DNA of 64,000 nucleotides, taken from an uncultured Actinomycetes bacterium (GTDB lineage Bacteria; Actinomycetota; Actinomycetes; S36-B12; UBA5976). The stretch is from contig CAITJH010000017.1 of the NCBI GenBank assembly GCA_903892635.1, forward strand, positions 50,909-114,908, read 5' to 3'. This document shows positions 29,795 to 37,978 of the stretch, in pieces; position 1 is the first letter of the stretch; every line of letters begins with the position of its first letter. The translations under genes and the position numbers were made by a program. The notes under the pieces were generated by a model. It saw nothing but the letters and a program-made list of their open reading frames with translations. It was not told the DNA's origin and did not search any database.

Positions 29795-30244
29795 CTATAA
29801 AACCAACGTCGCCCGATGTTCCTCATCGTGGCGAAGGACTTCAATCAGCAACGTCGAAATGTCCAATTCGCCAAAAACATCGTGAACACCGGTTGCTTGC
29901 CATTGCGCCTCGGTGAGCGCACGAAGACGTGTCAACAGACGCGTGCGTCCCGCCATAAGTTCGGCACTTGCAGCCTCAAGCGTATAACTGGAGTACCGAT
30001 TTTCGGTCTCTACTGGATCTGGCTCCCACCACGTGAAAGCTGGAGGATTCGAGCCTGCTTCGAGGGCATCAACCATTTGATCGATACGAACTCCCCATAC
30101 CTGTTCATCGACTTGGGAGAGATGTCCCAGCACGACCGAAGGAGTCCACTGCCCTTCAATCGACGCTGCTGATTGAGATGATTGCACGAGTCGGTCGGCC
30201 GACATGATGAGCTCGACAAGCAGGATCGACGGTGAAATTGCCAT
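29795..30244 (-). CDS. DinB-superfamily protein (mycothiol-dependent enzyme-like four-helix bundle)
   Basis: 149 aa. The His..Asp..His metal triad pattern (GHLSQVDEQ ... HDEEH) is typical of the DinB/YfiT fold. Weak call. Confidence 0.5.
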   Translation of the reverse strand: MAISPSILLVELIMSADRLVQSSQSAASIEGQWTPSVVLGHLSQVDEQVWGVRIDQMVDALEAGSNPPAFTWWEPDPVETENRYSSYTLEAASAELMAGRTRLLTRLRALTEAQWQATGVHDVFGELDISTLLIEVLRHDEEHRATLVL

Positions 30245-30261
30245 GGTTTAACTATGCCGTA

Positions 30262-30996
30262 TTAGGACTTACTTTTCGCGGTAGGTAATGCGACTTTGGA
30301 ACATGATCGCTTCTTCAGCACTGAAATCATTGTGGCTTTTTCACTGGGAGTCACCCAAAGATGGTATTTGCGTTTCACTGCTACTTGTCGTGCAACATAA
30401 GCACATTGATACGACACTCGAGGAGGTAGCCAAGCCGACGCGTCGGAATCTGATTTTTGATCGTTCAAGGAAGAGCTAACCGCAATAAGTTCTAGTGGAT
30501 CATTAGCAAGTTCGACTCGGGTTGCATAAGGCAAAGACTGAGCGCCCGTGACCCATGCATTCGACAACGCAACGACGTGATCAATTTGAATTGCAGTAGA
30601 CATTGGACATGTTCCAAAAGTACAGGTTTCAGCAAAAGTTGTACGTTTACCTGAATAAGGATCGGTAAAGACTCCGCCAATAACTCGACAACGAGAACTA
30701 CTCATCACTACTTTTTTCAAATCTCGCCTCAAAATGTCATTGCGAGTATCACAACCATTTCCATCGAGATCTTTCCATCTGCCACCGAACTGATCTCGGG
30801 AATAGCCATCGTGAGCGGCCCATCCGGCAACTGGCAATTGTTTTGCCGCTTTCAAGGCTTTGCTGATTTGTGTTCGAGTACTTACGGACGTGGATTCGTG
30901 TGAATGCGCAGAACTAACAGGTGTAGCGGTGAGAGCGGCGATTGCCACACCAAAGCTGAGGACTACAACGCTTGTACGTGCCATTTGTTCAATCAC
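30262..30996 (-). CDS. Secreted HNH-type nuclease, DUF1524 (GmrSD C-terminal domain) family
   Basis: 244 aa. Signal peptide (VVVLSFGVAIAALTATPVSSAHS), GNGCDTRNDILRRDL, IQIDHVVALSNAW and NDQKSDSDASAWLPP. Confidence 0.7.
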   Translation of the reverse strand: MIEQMARTSVVVLSFGVAIAALTATPVSSAHSHESTSVSTRTQISKALKAAKQLPVAGWAAHDGYSRDQFGGRWKDLDGNGCDTRNDILRRDLKKVVMSSSRCRVIGGVFTDPYSGKRTTFAETCTFGTCPMSTAIQIDHVVALSNAWVTGAQSLPYATRVELANDPLELIAVSSSLNDQKSDSDASAWLPPRVSYQCAYVARQVAVKRKYHLWVTPSEKATMISVLKKRSCSKVALPTAKSKS

Positions 30997-31083
30997 CCAT
31001 TTCTGAAAAAATACTCTTGCCCTTACCCGGTATCACTAAGGCTCTGTTGTTGCCATTATGGCGTTCGACTCTGACAGCAGGCA

Positions 31084-31737
31084 CTACCAACGAATTGGCG
31101 TGTAGCCATCATGTTGCAAAATCCGATTAACTTGAGAAAAAGGCGCAGATCCAAAGAATCCGCGCTGTGCACTCAGCGGACTGGGATGCACGCCACTTAT
31201 CACGTGCTTGTCGTCAAACTTATTGTTCAGCTCTTGCGCCTTTTTCCCCCACAAAATTCCAACAACGTTTGGGTTTGATTGAACGACAACGTCAATAATC
31301 CGATCTGTTACTTCGTTCCATCCCCAGTTTTGATGTGAACCTGATTCAAAGGCTGCGGCCGTCAGTGTTCGATTCAGTAACATCACACCTTGCTCAACCC
31401 AAGGACTCAAATCTCCATCAACAATCTGAGTTGATCCGGTGTCACTAACCACTTCAGTCAATATGTTTCGCAACGAACCGGGAAGTGGTGTAGTTCCACG
31501 AGGAACTGAAAAGCTAAGGCCGCAAGCATATGTGGGATTCGGATAAGGATCCTGCCCAACTATGACAACGCGCACCTCGTTGGGTGACAACTGTAATGCT
31601 CGAAAAATATTCTCGTTCTGAGGCACAATTTCGGCTTTCGGGTCACGCGCCATCTGTTGAGCGATCCCTTCAATTTTGGGACGCACTGGAGTAAGCGGCG
31701 ACTGCCACGCAGGTGGAATTAACGTCCATAGATCCAT
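31084..31737 (-). CDS. ung: Uracil-DNA glycosylase (family 1)
   Basis: 217 aa. Motifs VVIVGQDPYPNP, GLSFSV, LLNRTLT and GVHPSPLSA. Confidence 0.9.
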   Translation of the reverse strand: MDLWTLIPPAWQSPLTPVRPKIEGIAQQMARDPKAEIVPQNENIFRALQLSPNEVRVVIVGQDPYPNPTYACGLSFSVPRGTTPLPGSLRNILTEVVSDTGSTQIVDGDLSPWVEQGVMLLNRTLTAAAFESGSHQNWGWNEVTDRIIDVVVQSNPNVVGILWGKKAQELNNKFDDKHVISGVHPSPLSAQRGFFGSAPFSQVNRILQHDGYTPIRW

Positions 31738-31829
31738 AGCGCCCTCCTCTCACAGTGAATGGCCTTAAGTCGATGGTAACTAATGAGGTGGTGCCGCCGG
31801 AGACGTGAGCGAACCACTAGCCTTACATC

Positions 31830-32504
31830 GTGCAATCATCAAGTCATCCGCCAATTCGAACATTTCATGCTCGCCACGGTCGCATCAGCGCCAGTCGCCT
31901 TGAGATTCTCGAAAACGTAGTTCCAGAGTTTGAAATTTCACAATTGTCTTCGCCCATTGATTTGCGGAAAATATTTCCTGGACTCACAACCGTCGTCGAT
32001 TTTGGTTCCGGAATGGGTCATCACGCTCACGAATTACTTCAAGCAGGATTTGGTGTGCTTGCTATTGACGTCCATAAGCCAGGCATTAGCCGAATCGCTG
32101 AAATCGCACACAATGAATCTCTGTCGTCGTTGAAAGTACATCTTGGTGATGGCTTGGCAGTTTTGACGGACACACTTGCTCCCCAATGTGTAGATGAGTT
32201 GCACGTGATGTTTCCCGATCCGTGGCCAAAGGCGCGTCATAACAAACGCCGAGTCATTCAACACACGTTCCTTGATTTGGCAGATCGAGTGCTCGCAGCG
32301 CAAGGTGAAATCATCATGGTGACCGACGATGACTCGTATGCCGAACACATGAATGAAGTTTTTTCGCAATCTGCAACTTTTGAATTAAGTGACGAATCAG
32401 TAGAGATTCCGCAAACGCGATACAAGCGACGTGCCGACCACATGCGAAACACGATTCATGGATTTAGAGCCCGTCGACGAGTTCAACCAAACTCTCACGA
32501 ATAG
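31830..32504 (+). CDS. trmB: tRNA (guanine(46)-N7)-methyltransferase
   Basis: 224 aa. Motifs VVDFGSGMG and FPDPWPKARHNKRR. Confidence 0.85.
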   Translation: MQSSSHPPIRTFHARHGRISASRLEILENVVPEFEISQLSSPIDLRKIFPGLTTVVDFGSGMGHHAHELLQAGFGVLAIDVHKPGISRIAEIAHNESLSSLKVHLGDGLAVLTDTLAPQCVDELHVMFPDPWPKARHNKRRVIQHTFLDLADRVLAAQGEIIMVTDDDSYAEHMNEVFSQSATFELSDESVEIPQTRYKRRADHMRNTIHGFRARRRVQPNSHE

Positions 32505-32937
32505 TTCCCCAAACTTGGGCTAATCCGGGGTGCAAATCTAAATCTCCAACCTGATGAACATCCACCCACACAGCTTCGACAGATTCTTCATTTGTCGATA
32601 GCTCAGGTTGTGAGGCTACCGTGCCAATAACAGTGTGGTAACTCCACGTACCGTGGTCAGTCAGTAACACATCGTGAATCACTGTTACATCGTGAGATTC
32701 GACCCCAAGCTCTTCTTGCAGTTCACGCAAAGCTGCCTCAACTGCAGTTTCGTGTGAATCTCGTGCTCCGCCCGGTATTCCCCATGTTTGACCGCCGTGC
32801 GTCCATTCAGCACGAAGTTGCATCAAGGCTGTCTTGGTTGGTGGATGTACGAGAACAATGCCAGCTGCGCCGTGGAGTCCCCAATGCCGAGAACCACAGG
32901 TACATTCAATCCAGCCATCGCCATCACTATCTGCCAC
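32464..32937 (-). CDS. NUDIX hydrolase
   Basis: Nudix box GGARDSHETAVEAALRELQEELG. Start re-assigned to GTG 32937, 2 nt after the upstream stop. The ORF-track start at 33081 lies inside the upstream gene. The 3' end overlaps the trmB 3' end by 41 nt. Confidence 0.75.
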   Translation of the reverse strand: MADSDGDGWIECTCGSRHWGLHGAAGIVLVHPPTKTALMQLRAEWTHGGQTWGIPGGARDSHETAVEAALRELQEELGVESHDVTVIHDVLLTDHGTWSYHTVIGTVASQPELSTNEESVEAVWVDVHQVGDLDLHPGLAQVWGTIRESLVELVDGL

Positions 32938-32939
32938 GA

Positions 32940-33476
32940 CTATGGCAACTGTCCGACATGTGCAAGCGCCAGTCGCACTAGCAAATCTTGTCCGCCTGTC
33001 ATTTCGGCTCGAACATTGTGACTCACAGCCTCGGCAGGTGTGACCCACACAAGGTCTAATGCATCTTGGCTTGGCTGACATTCGCCTTTGACAGGCACTA
33101 CATAAACCAACGAGACAGCATGTTGCCGCGGGTCATGAAACCCAGATACGTCAGGATCGGGAAAGTATTCAGCCACTGTAAACGGTGCAGGATTTGCGGG
33201 GATTTGCGGAAACGCCATTGGGCCAAGATCTTTTTCAATGTGGCGCATTAACGCATCCCGAATTCGTTCGCCATAGAGCACTCGCCCTGAGATAACGGCT
33301 CGACTAATAGAACCGTCTGGCCTGCCACGAAGAAGTAAGCCAATTTCAGTAACGCGACCATGATCGTCGAGTCGCACGGGCACGGCATCAACATAAACAA
33401 TTGGGAGTCGCTCGCGAGCGTATTCGAGCTCTTCAGAGCCCAACCACGATGGCGTGATATTCGTTAAATCAGTCAC
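32940..33476 (-). CDS. Nudix-fold family protein (DUF4916-like)
   Basis: 178 aa. N-terminal LPIVYVDAVPVRLDDHGRVTEIGLLLR resembles a Nudix-fold beta-grasp, but there is no canonical Nudix box. Family assignment is from memory. Confidence 0.5.
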   Translation of the reverse strand: MTDLTNITPSWLGSEELEYARERLPIVYVDAVPVRLDDHGRVTEIGLLLRGRPDGSISRAVISGRVLYGERIRDALMRHIEKDLGPMAFPQIPANPAPFTVAEYFPDPDVSGFHDPRQHAVSLVYVVPVKGECQPSQDALDLVWVTPAEAVSHNVRAEMTGGQDLLVRLALAHVGQLP

Positions 33477-33508
33477 GTGTGCCTCACCGCCGTTTCGAAC
33501 GAGTCTCT

Positions 33509-34321
33509 TTATGCTAGCGCGCGTCGGCCACGACTGGGCTTAAATCCATGCGCGTACCATCGATCTTCGGCACGCTCGACTGTAAGTCGCACACCGAATG
33601 CTTGTGACATCGGTTCACTTGCAATCACATCATTGACCAAGCCTTGTGAACTCACCTGACCATTTGCAACAAGCAAAGCATGCGTAAAGTTCGATGGAAT
33701 CTCTTCGACGTGATGAGTGACCAATAACAAACTTGGGCTCGTAGGATCCTCAGCCAACAGTGTTAATCGACCAACTAAATCTTCACGGCCGGCAACATCG
33801 AGGCCAGCTGCGGGTTCATCCAAGATCAATAGTTCGGGATCAGCCATCAAAGATCTTGCGATGTGCACTCGCTTGCGCTCGCCTTCAGACAACGTTCCAA
33901 CCCTGCGTTGAGCTAGAGCATCAAGTCCCCAAGCAGTAATCATGAGCGAGGCTCGATCTCGATCTACGTCGTCGTACACCTCGCGCCATCGACCATTAAC
34001 TCCATGTGCGGCAGTAAGCACTGCATCGAAAACGGATTCCGAAGCAGGAAGCAAACTCGCAGTAGCTGCGCTGCTGATTCCAATGCGTGTTCGAAGTTCT
34101 CGCACGTTGGTCTTGCCTAGTGTTTCATCAAGGACATCAGCCGTACCTGAAGTGGGATGCATGTAACCCGAGCAAATTTGCATCAGAGTTGTTTTGCCCG
34201 CACCATTTGGGCCCATGATGACCCACCGCTGTCCTTCGGTCACACTCCATGTGACGTGTGACAGGATTTGTTTGTCGCCACGCACAACGGTGACGTCTTT
34301 TAAGGCAAGCACACTAGTCAC
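33509..34321 (-). CDS. ABC transporter ATP-binding protein (orphan, no adjacent permease)
   Basis: 270 aa. Walker A GPNGAGKTT, signature LSEGERKR, Walker B LLILDEP. Confidence 0.8.
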   Translation of the reverse strand: MTSVLALKDVTVVRGDKQILSHVTWSVTEGQRWVIMGPNGAGKTTLMQICSGYMHPTSGTADVLDETLGKTNVRELRTRIGISSAATASLLPASESVFDAVLTAAHGVNGRWREVYDDVDRDRASLMITAWGLDALAQRRVGTLSEGERKRVHIARSLMADPELLILDEPAAGLDVAGREDLVGRLTLLAEDPTSPSLLLVTHHVEEIPSNFTHALLVANGQVSSQGLVNDVIASEPMSQAFGVRLTVERAEDRWYAHGFKPSRGRRALA

Positions 34322-34357
34322 ATCAGTAATCTATCTTGCGAAGGTCAGGGAAAAGCA

Positions 34358-34930
34358 GTGCAGTTACCAATTCCGATATCGGCGTTGCTCGCACTGTGGC
34401 TCAATGCTTGGATCAAAGGTTCCATCACTACAACTGATGCTCGAAATGCTCTAGAAACGCTCACTCATCAGTATCTGGATCTCCCAACTGAAGCCTTGTA
34501 CGCCATCGCACTGCCCGACCGCGTCATCGTCAATCGCCATCTGGCACTTGCTGCACGTCCCGATGGATCATGGGATTACCGAGCAATCGAAAACTCCGTC
34601 GGACTACCCGATCCTGCGTACGCTCGTCGACATTTTCTCGAAACGCTGGAGGCAGCCACCGAAACTCTAGCCAAACTTGATCTTGTGGGAATGCGTGATG
34701 ACATTGACGAGGCGCTCAATCAATTAGAAGACATGCATTTACCGGCAATTAGTGGCCGAGACAGCGAATCGCTGAATAACGCAGTTCGAACTCTGGTGGT
34801 TGCCCGACTGGCTAAAACTCATGCCAGTTCAATGTCGAGTCCAAGTCACGATAAGTCGCGGATGGCGATTTTGAACAGTGTCGACCAAGTGTGCTTGGAC
34901 GTAATTTTTGCGATCGCTTCAACTGCGTAA
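34358..34930 (+). CDS. Hypothetical protein
   Basis: 190-aa ORF with a GTG start, divergent from the ABC ATPase across a 36-nt gap. I recognise no motif. Coding status is inferred from its length and the absence of a competing ORF. Confidence 0.4.
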   Translation: MQLPIPISALLALWLNAWIKGSITTTDARNALETLTHQYLDLPTEALYAIALPDRVIVNRHLALAARPDGSWDYRAIENSVGLPDPAYARRHFLETLEAATETLAKLDLVGMRDDIDEALNQLEDMHLPAISGRDSESLNNAVRTLVVARLAKTHASSMSSPSHDKSRMAILNSVDQVCLDVIFAIASTA

Positions 34931-34987
34931 CTTTGTCAGTGAATTCGTCGCTATCTCGTGTATGTCACTGAAGTGACGCGAGAACGA

Positions 34988-35761
34988 TCAGGGACCACCT
35001 TGAGAATGCACGCCACCGTCGACGTGGATGATCTCTCCCGTTGTGGCAGGGAACCAATCACTGAAGAGTGCCACACAAGCTTTTGCAGTTGGAACCACAT
35101 CACTGGTATCCCAGCCAATGGGCGCACGGCGTTCCCACATCGGACCGAACGTATCAAAACCAGGTATTCCCTTTGCCGCTGTCGTAAACAGTGGACCAGC
35201 TGCAACCAAATTAACTTTGACACCTTTAGGACCAAGATCACGAGCCAAGTAACGACATGTCGATTCGAGAGCTGCTTTTGACACACCCATCCAGTCGTAA
35301 AACGGCCACGTTACCGTCGCATCAAAATCAAGACCGAGGACTTGTGCTCCACGGCCTTCCATCAATGGCAAACAAGCCATCGCGAGGGATTTAAGTGAGA
35401 AAGCAGAGATCTCAAGAGCGACTTTGACGTCTTCCCATTCGGTATTGAGGAAGTTGCCACCCAGTGCGGCTTCCGGAGCAAATGCAATTGAGTGAAGGAC
35501 ACCGTCAAGGTGCGGGACGTGTTCGGCGACTGCCGCAGCAAGATTATCGAGATCTTCCTTGCTTGTGACATCGAGTTGAACTATCGGCGCTTCGTGCGGA
35601 AGTCGCTGAGATATGCGCTTGGTGATGCCCGCTGCTCGTCCAAAGGACGACAAAACGACATTCGCGCCTTGTTCCTGCGCCAACCGAGCAACGTGAAAAG
35701 CGATCGACGAATCCGTCAATACGCCCGTTACGAGAATATTTTTGCCATCGAGGAGTCCCAT
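34988..35761 (-). CDS. fabI: Enoyl-[acyl-carrier-protein] reductase (NADH), InhA-type FabI
   Basis: 257 aa. N-terminus GLLDGKNILVTGVLTDSSIAFHVARLAQEQGANVVL is almost collinear with InhA. Confidence 0.85.
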   Translation of the reverse strand: MGLLDGKNILVTGVLTDSSIAFHVARLAQEQGANVVLSSFGRAAGITKRISQRLPHEAPIVQLDVTSKEDLDNLAAAVAEHVPHLDGVLHSIAFAPEAALGGNFLNTEWEDVKVALEISAFSLKSLAMACLPLMEGRGAQVLGLDFDATVTWPFYDWMGVSKAALESTCRYLARDLGPKGVKVNLVAAGPLFTTAAKGIPGFDTFGPMWERRAPIGWDTSDVVPTAKACVALFSDWFPATTGEIIHVDGGVHSQGGP

Positions 35762-35768
35762 AGTTGTC

Positions 35769-36473
35769 CTAGTGTCCCATACCTAAGCCACCATCAACGG
35801 GAATGACGGCCCCAGTGATGTACCCAGCCGCAGGCGAGGCCATGAAATAGGCAACGTCGGCAACTTCTTGAGGGGATGCATAACGCCCAAGTGGCACATT
35901 AGCCACAATTTCGTTGCGTCGATCCTCGGAAAGTTCGGCAGTCATGTCAGTATCTACGAACCCTGGAGCAATGACGTTGGCAGTAATTCCGCGGGACCCA
36001 AGTTCGCGTGCCAATGAACGAGCAGCACCAACGAGCCCTGATTTCGAAGCGGCGTAATTCACTTGACCGGCTGACCCCATGAGTCCTACGACACTGGAAA
36101 TAAAAATTAAACGACCAGTACGGGCCTTCATCATGGCTCTGCTGGCTCGTCGAGCCACCCGAATTGCTCCGACAAGATTGGTATTTAAGACATCGTTGAT
36201 GTCGTCATCTGACATTCGCATAACGAGGCCGTCACGGGTTATTCCAGCATTAGCAATGGCTACTTCAACCGCACCGATTTCGGCTTCGATGTAATCAAAA
36301 GCCGCATCGACACTGGCGGTATCGCCAACGTCGCACTTGACGACGTGAAGCCCTTCGATTGGCTCGCCAGAACGACTGGTAACCACAACAGTGTCACCAG
36401 CAGATTGGAAAGTGCGTGCAATTGAAAGACCAATGCCACGGTTTCCGCCAGTGACAAGAACAATACGACCCAT
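35769..36473 (-). CDS. fabG: 3-oxoacyl-[acyl-carrier-protein] reductase, MabA-type FabG
   Basis: 234 aa SDR. Motifs VLVTGGNRGIG and YAASK, with a MabA-like CDV.D segment. Immediately upstream of fabI. Confidence 0.85.
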   Translation of the reverse strand: MGRIVLVTGGNRGIGLSIARTFQSAGDTVVVTSRSGEPIEGLHVVKCDVGDTASVDAAFDYIEAEIGAVEVAIANAGITRDGLVMRMSDDDINDVLNTNLVGAIRVARRASRAMMKARTGRLIFISSVVGLMGSAGQVNYAASKSGLVGAARSLARELGSRGITANVIAPGFVDTDMTAELSEDRRNEIVANVPLGRYASPQEVADVAYFMASPAAGYITGAVIPVDGGLGMGH

Positions 36474-36490
36474 AGGTCAAGGCTACTAGT

Positions 36491-37978
36491 GTGGTGCTCA
36501 TGTCTACGCATTTGCCCGATTATCTCGCCGAGTCAGCCCTCAATCTTGCAAGTGACGCAGGGGCAAGTGTCGCGCACTTTCGAATTGCACAACATGACAG
36601 TCGTGGAGTTTCGACTCGTGATGGCAATGTTGAAAATGTCGCGTCTGATTCCACTTCGGGATTGAGCGTTCGCGTAGTACTCAATGGCGCTTGGGGATTT
36701 GCGGCCACGAATGAACTGACCGAGCAGGGTGCGGCTCACGCTACACAGCGCGCACTCGACATGGCGCGGATCAGTGCACTTGTCATGAAGGAACCTGTTG
36801 AGCTCGCCGATGAACCTTCCTATGGAACCGCATCGTGGGTCATGCCTAAAGAAATAGATGCGATGGCAGTTTCTGACGACGACGTGGTTGCTTTGCTCCA
36901 GGAATGGAATTCGCGAGTATCACGATCGTCAGTAGTCAATCACGTAGACGCACATGCGGCTATGGGACGTGACACAACCTTTTTTGCCGACTTGAACGGA
37001 AGTCGCCTGACACAAGAGCGCGACCGAATCAGCGCACAACTCACGGCAATTCACATCGGAGAAGGCGGCTTCGACGACATGAGAACCTGCGCTCCGCCTG
37101 CTGGCCGCGGTTGGGAGTATCTCCTTGGTCATGGCTGGGACTGGGACAACGAACTTACTCAACTTCCAGACTTCTTGGAAGAAAAAGTAAAGTCTCCGTC
37201 TGTTGAAGCTGGAACTTGGGATCTCGTTATTGATCCAACGAATTTGTGGCTCACCATTCATGAGTCAATTGGGCATGCAACAGAACTAGATCGTGCCCTG
37301 GGATACGAAGCTAACTACGCCGGCACTTCGTTCGCAACATTAGAAAAATTGGGAAACTTCGCCTATGGCAGTCCGTTGGTAAATGTCACCGGAGATCGAA
37401 ATGCAGCCCACGGATTATCAACGGTTGCGTGGGATGACGAAGGCGTTGCAGCTCAAGAATGGGACTTAATCAAGGACGGAATATTGGTCGGCTACCAAAC
37501 TGATCGAAGCATCGCAGCGCGAGTAGGGCTCGAACGATCGAATGGCTGTGCATTTGCGGATTCTGCATTGCACTCGCCAATCCAGCGCATGCCTAATGTT
37601 TCACTTCGACCTGGACAAGTCGAACGGACAACAAATGACCTTATATCTGGAGTCGAACGAGGAATTTACATCGTTGGCGACAAATCGTGGTCGATTGACA
37701 TGCAACGGTACAACTTCCAATTCACTGGTCAGCGGTTTTACGAGATTAACAACGGCAAAATCGTTGGTCAACTTAAAGACGTGGTTTATCAATCACGCAC
37801 TCCAGATTTTTGGGGCTCACTTGTCGACATTGGTGGACCATCGACCTACCTCCTCGGAGGCGCACTGAACTGCGGAAAAGGTCAACCAGGACAAGTAGCT
37901 CCAGTAAGTCACGGTTGTCCAAGCGCGGTATTTGCCAACATCAATGTCCTTAATGGACGTAAGGAGGCAAGCGCATGA
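36491..37978 (+). CDS. tldD: TldD family metalloprotease
   Basis: 495 aa. HExxxH-type motif (HESIGHATELD) and the glycine-rich C-terminus of the TldD/PmbA fold. Alternative ATG at 36500. Confidence 0.8.
   Translation: MVLMSTHLPDYLAESALNLASDAGASVAHFRIAQHDSRGVSTRDGNVENVASDSTSGLSVRVVLNGAWGFAATNELTEQGAAHATQRALDMARISALVMKEPVELADEPSYGTASWVMPKEIDAMAVSDDDVVALLQEWNSRVSRSSVVNHVDAHAAMGRDTTFFADLNGSRLTQERDRISAQLTAIHIGEGGFDDMRTCAPPAGRGWEYLLGHGWDWDNELTQLPDFLEEKVKSPSVEAGTWDLVIDPTNLWLTIHESIGHATELDRALGYEANYAGTSFATLEKLGNFAYGSPLVNVTGDRNAAHGLSTVAWDDEGVAAQEWDLIKDGILVGYQTDRSIAARVGLERSNGCAFADSALHSPIQRMPNVSLRPGQVERTTNDLISGVERGIYIVGDKSWSIDMQRYNFQFTGQRFYEINNGKIVGQLKDVVYQSRTPDFWGSLVDIGGPSTYLLGGALNCGKGQPGQVAPVSHGCPSAVFANINVLNGRKEASA

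Noticed and set aside
26549-34930. Integrated genomic island at tRNA-Leu
   Set aside because: There is no integrase. I found no direct repeat of the tRNA 3' end downstream; the only matches are 9-10 nt chance hits inside coding regions near 1430 and 57641. Most genes in the segment are ordinary housekeeping genes, and only trhO looks compositionally odd.
34933-34955. TTGTCAGTG followed 8-10 nt later by a TA-containing hexamer, resembling the PafBC-dependent RecA-NDp promoter (TGTC(A/G)GTG-N8-TANNNT)
   Set aside because: The downstream hexamer does not fit TANNNT at the right spacing (GCTATC at N8, TATCTC at N10). On this strand the motif points only into the antisense of fabI.
34931-34987. 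Bulged hairpin (GTCAC-TGAA-GTGAC core with a partial outer stem) between the convergent hypothetical gene and fabI, as a bidirectional terminator
   Set aside because: The core stem is only 5 bp, the outer stem needs a bulge and G-U pairs, and no U-tract follows. This is too weak to annotate.
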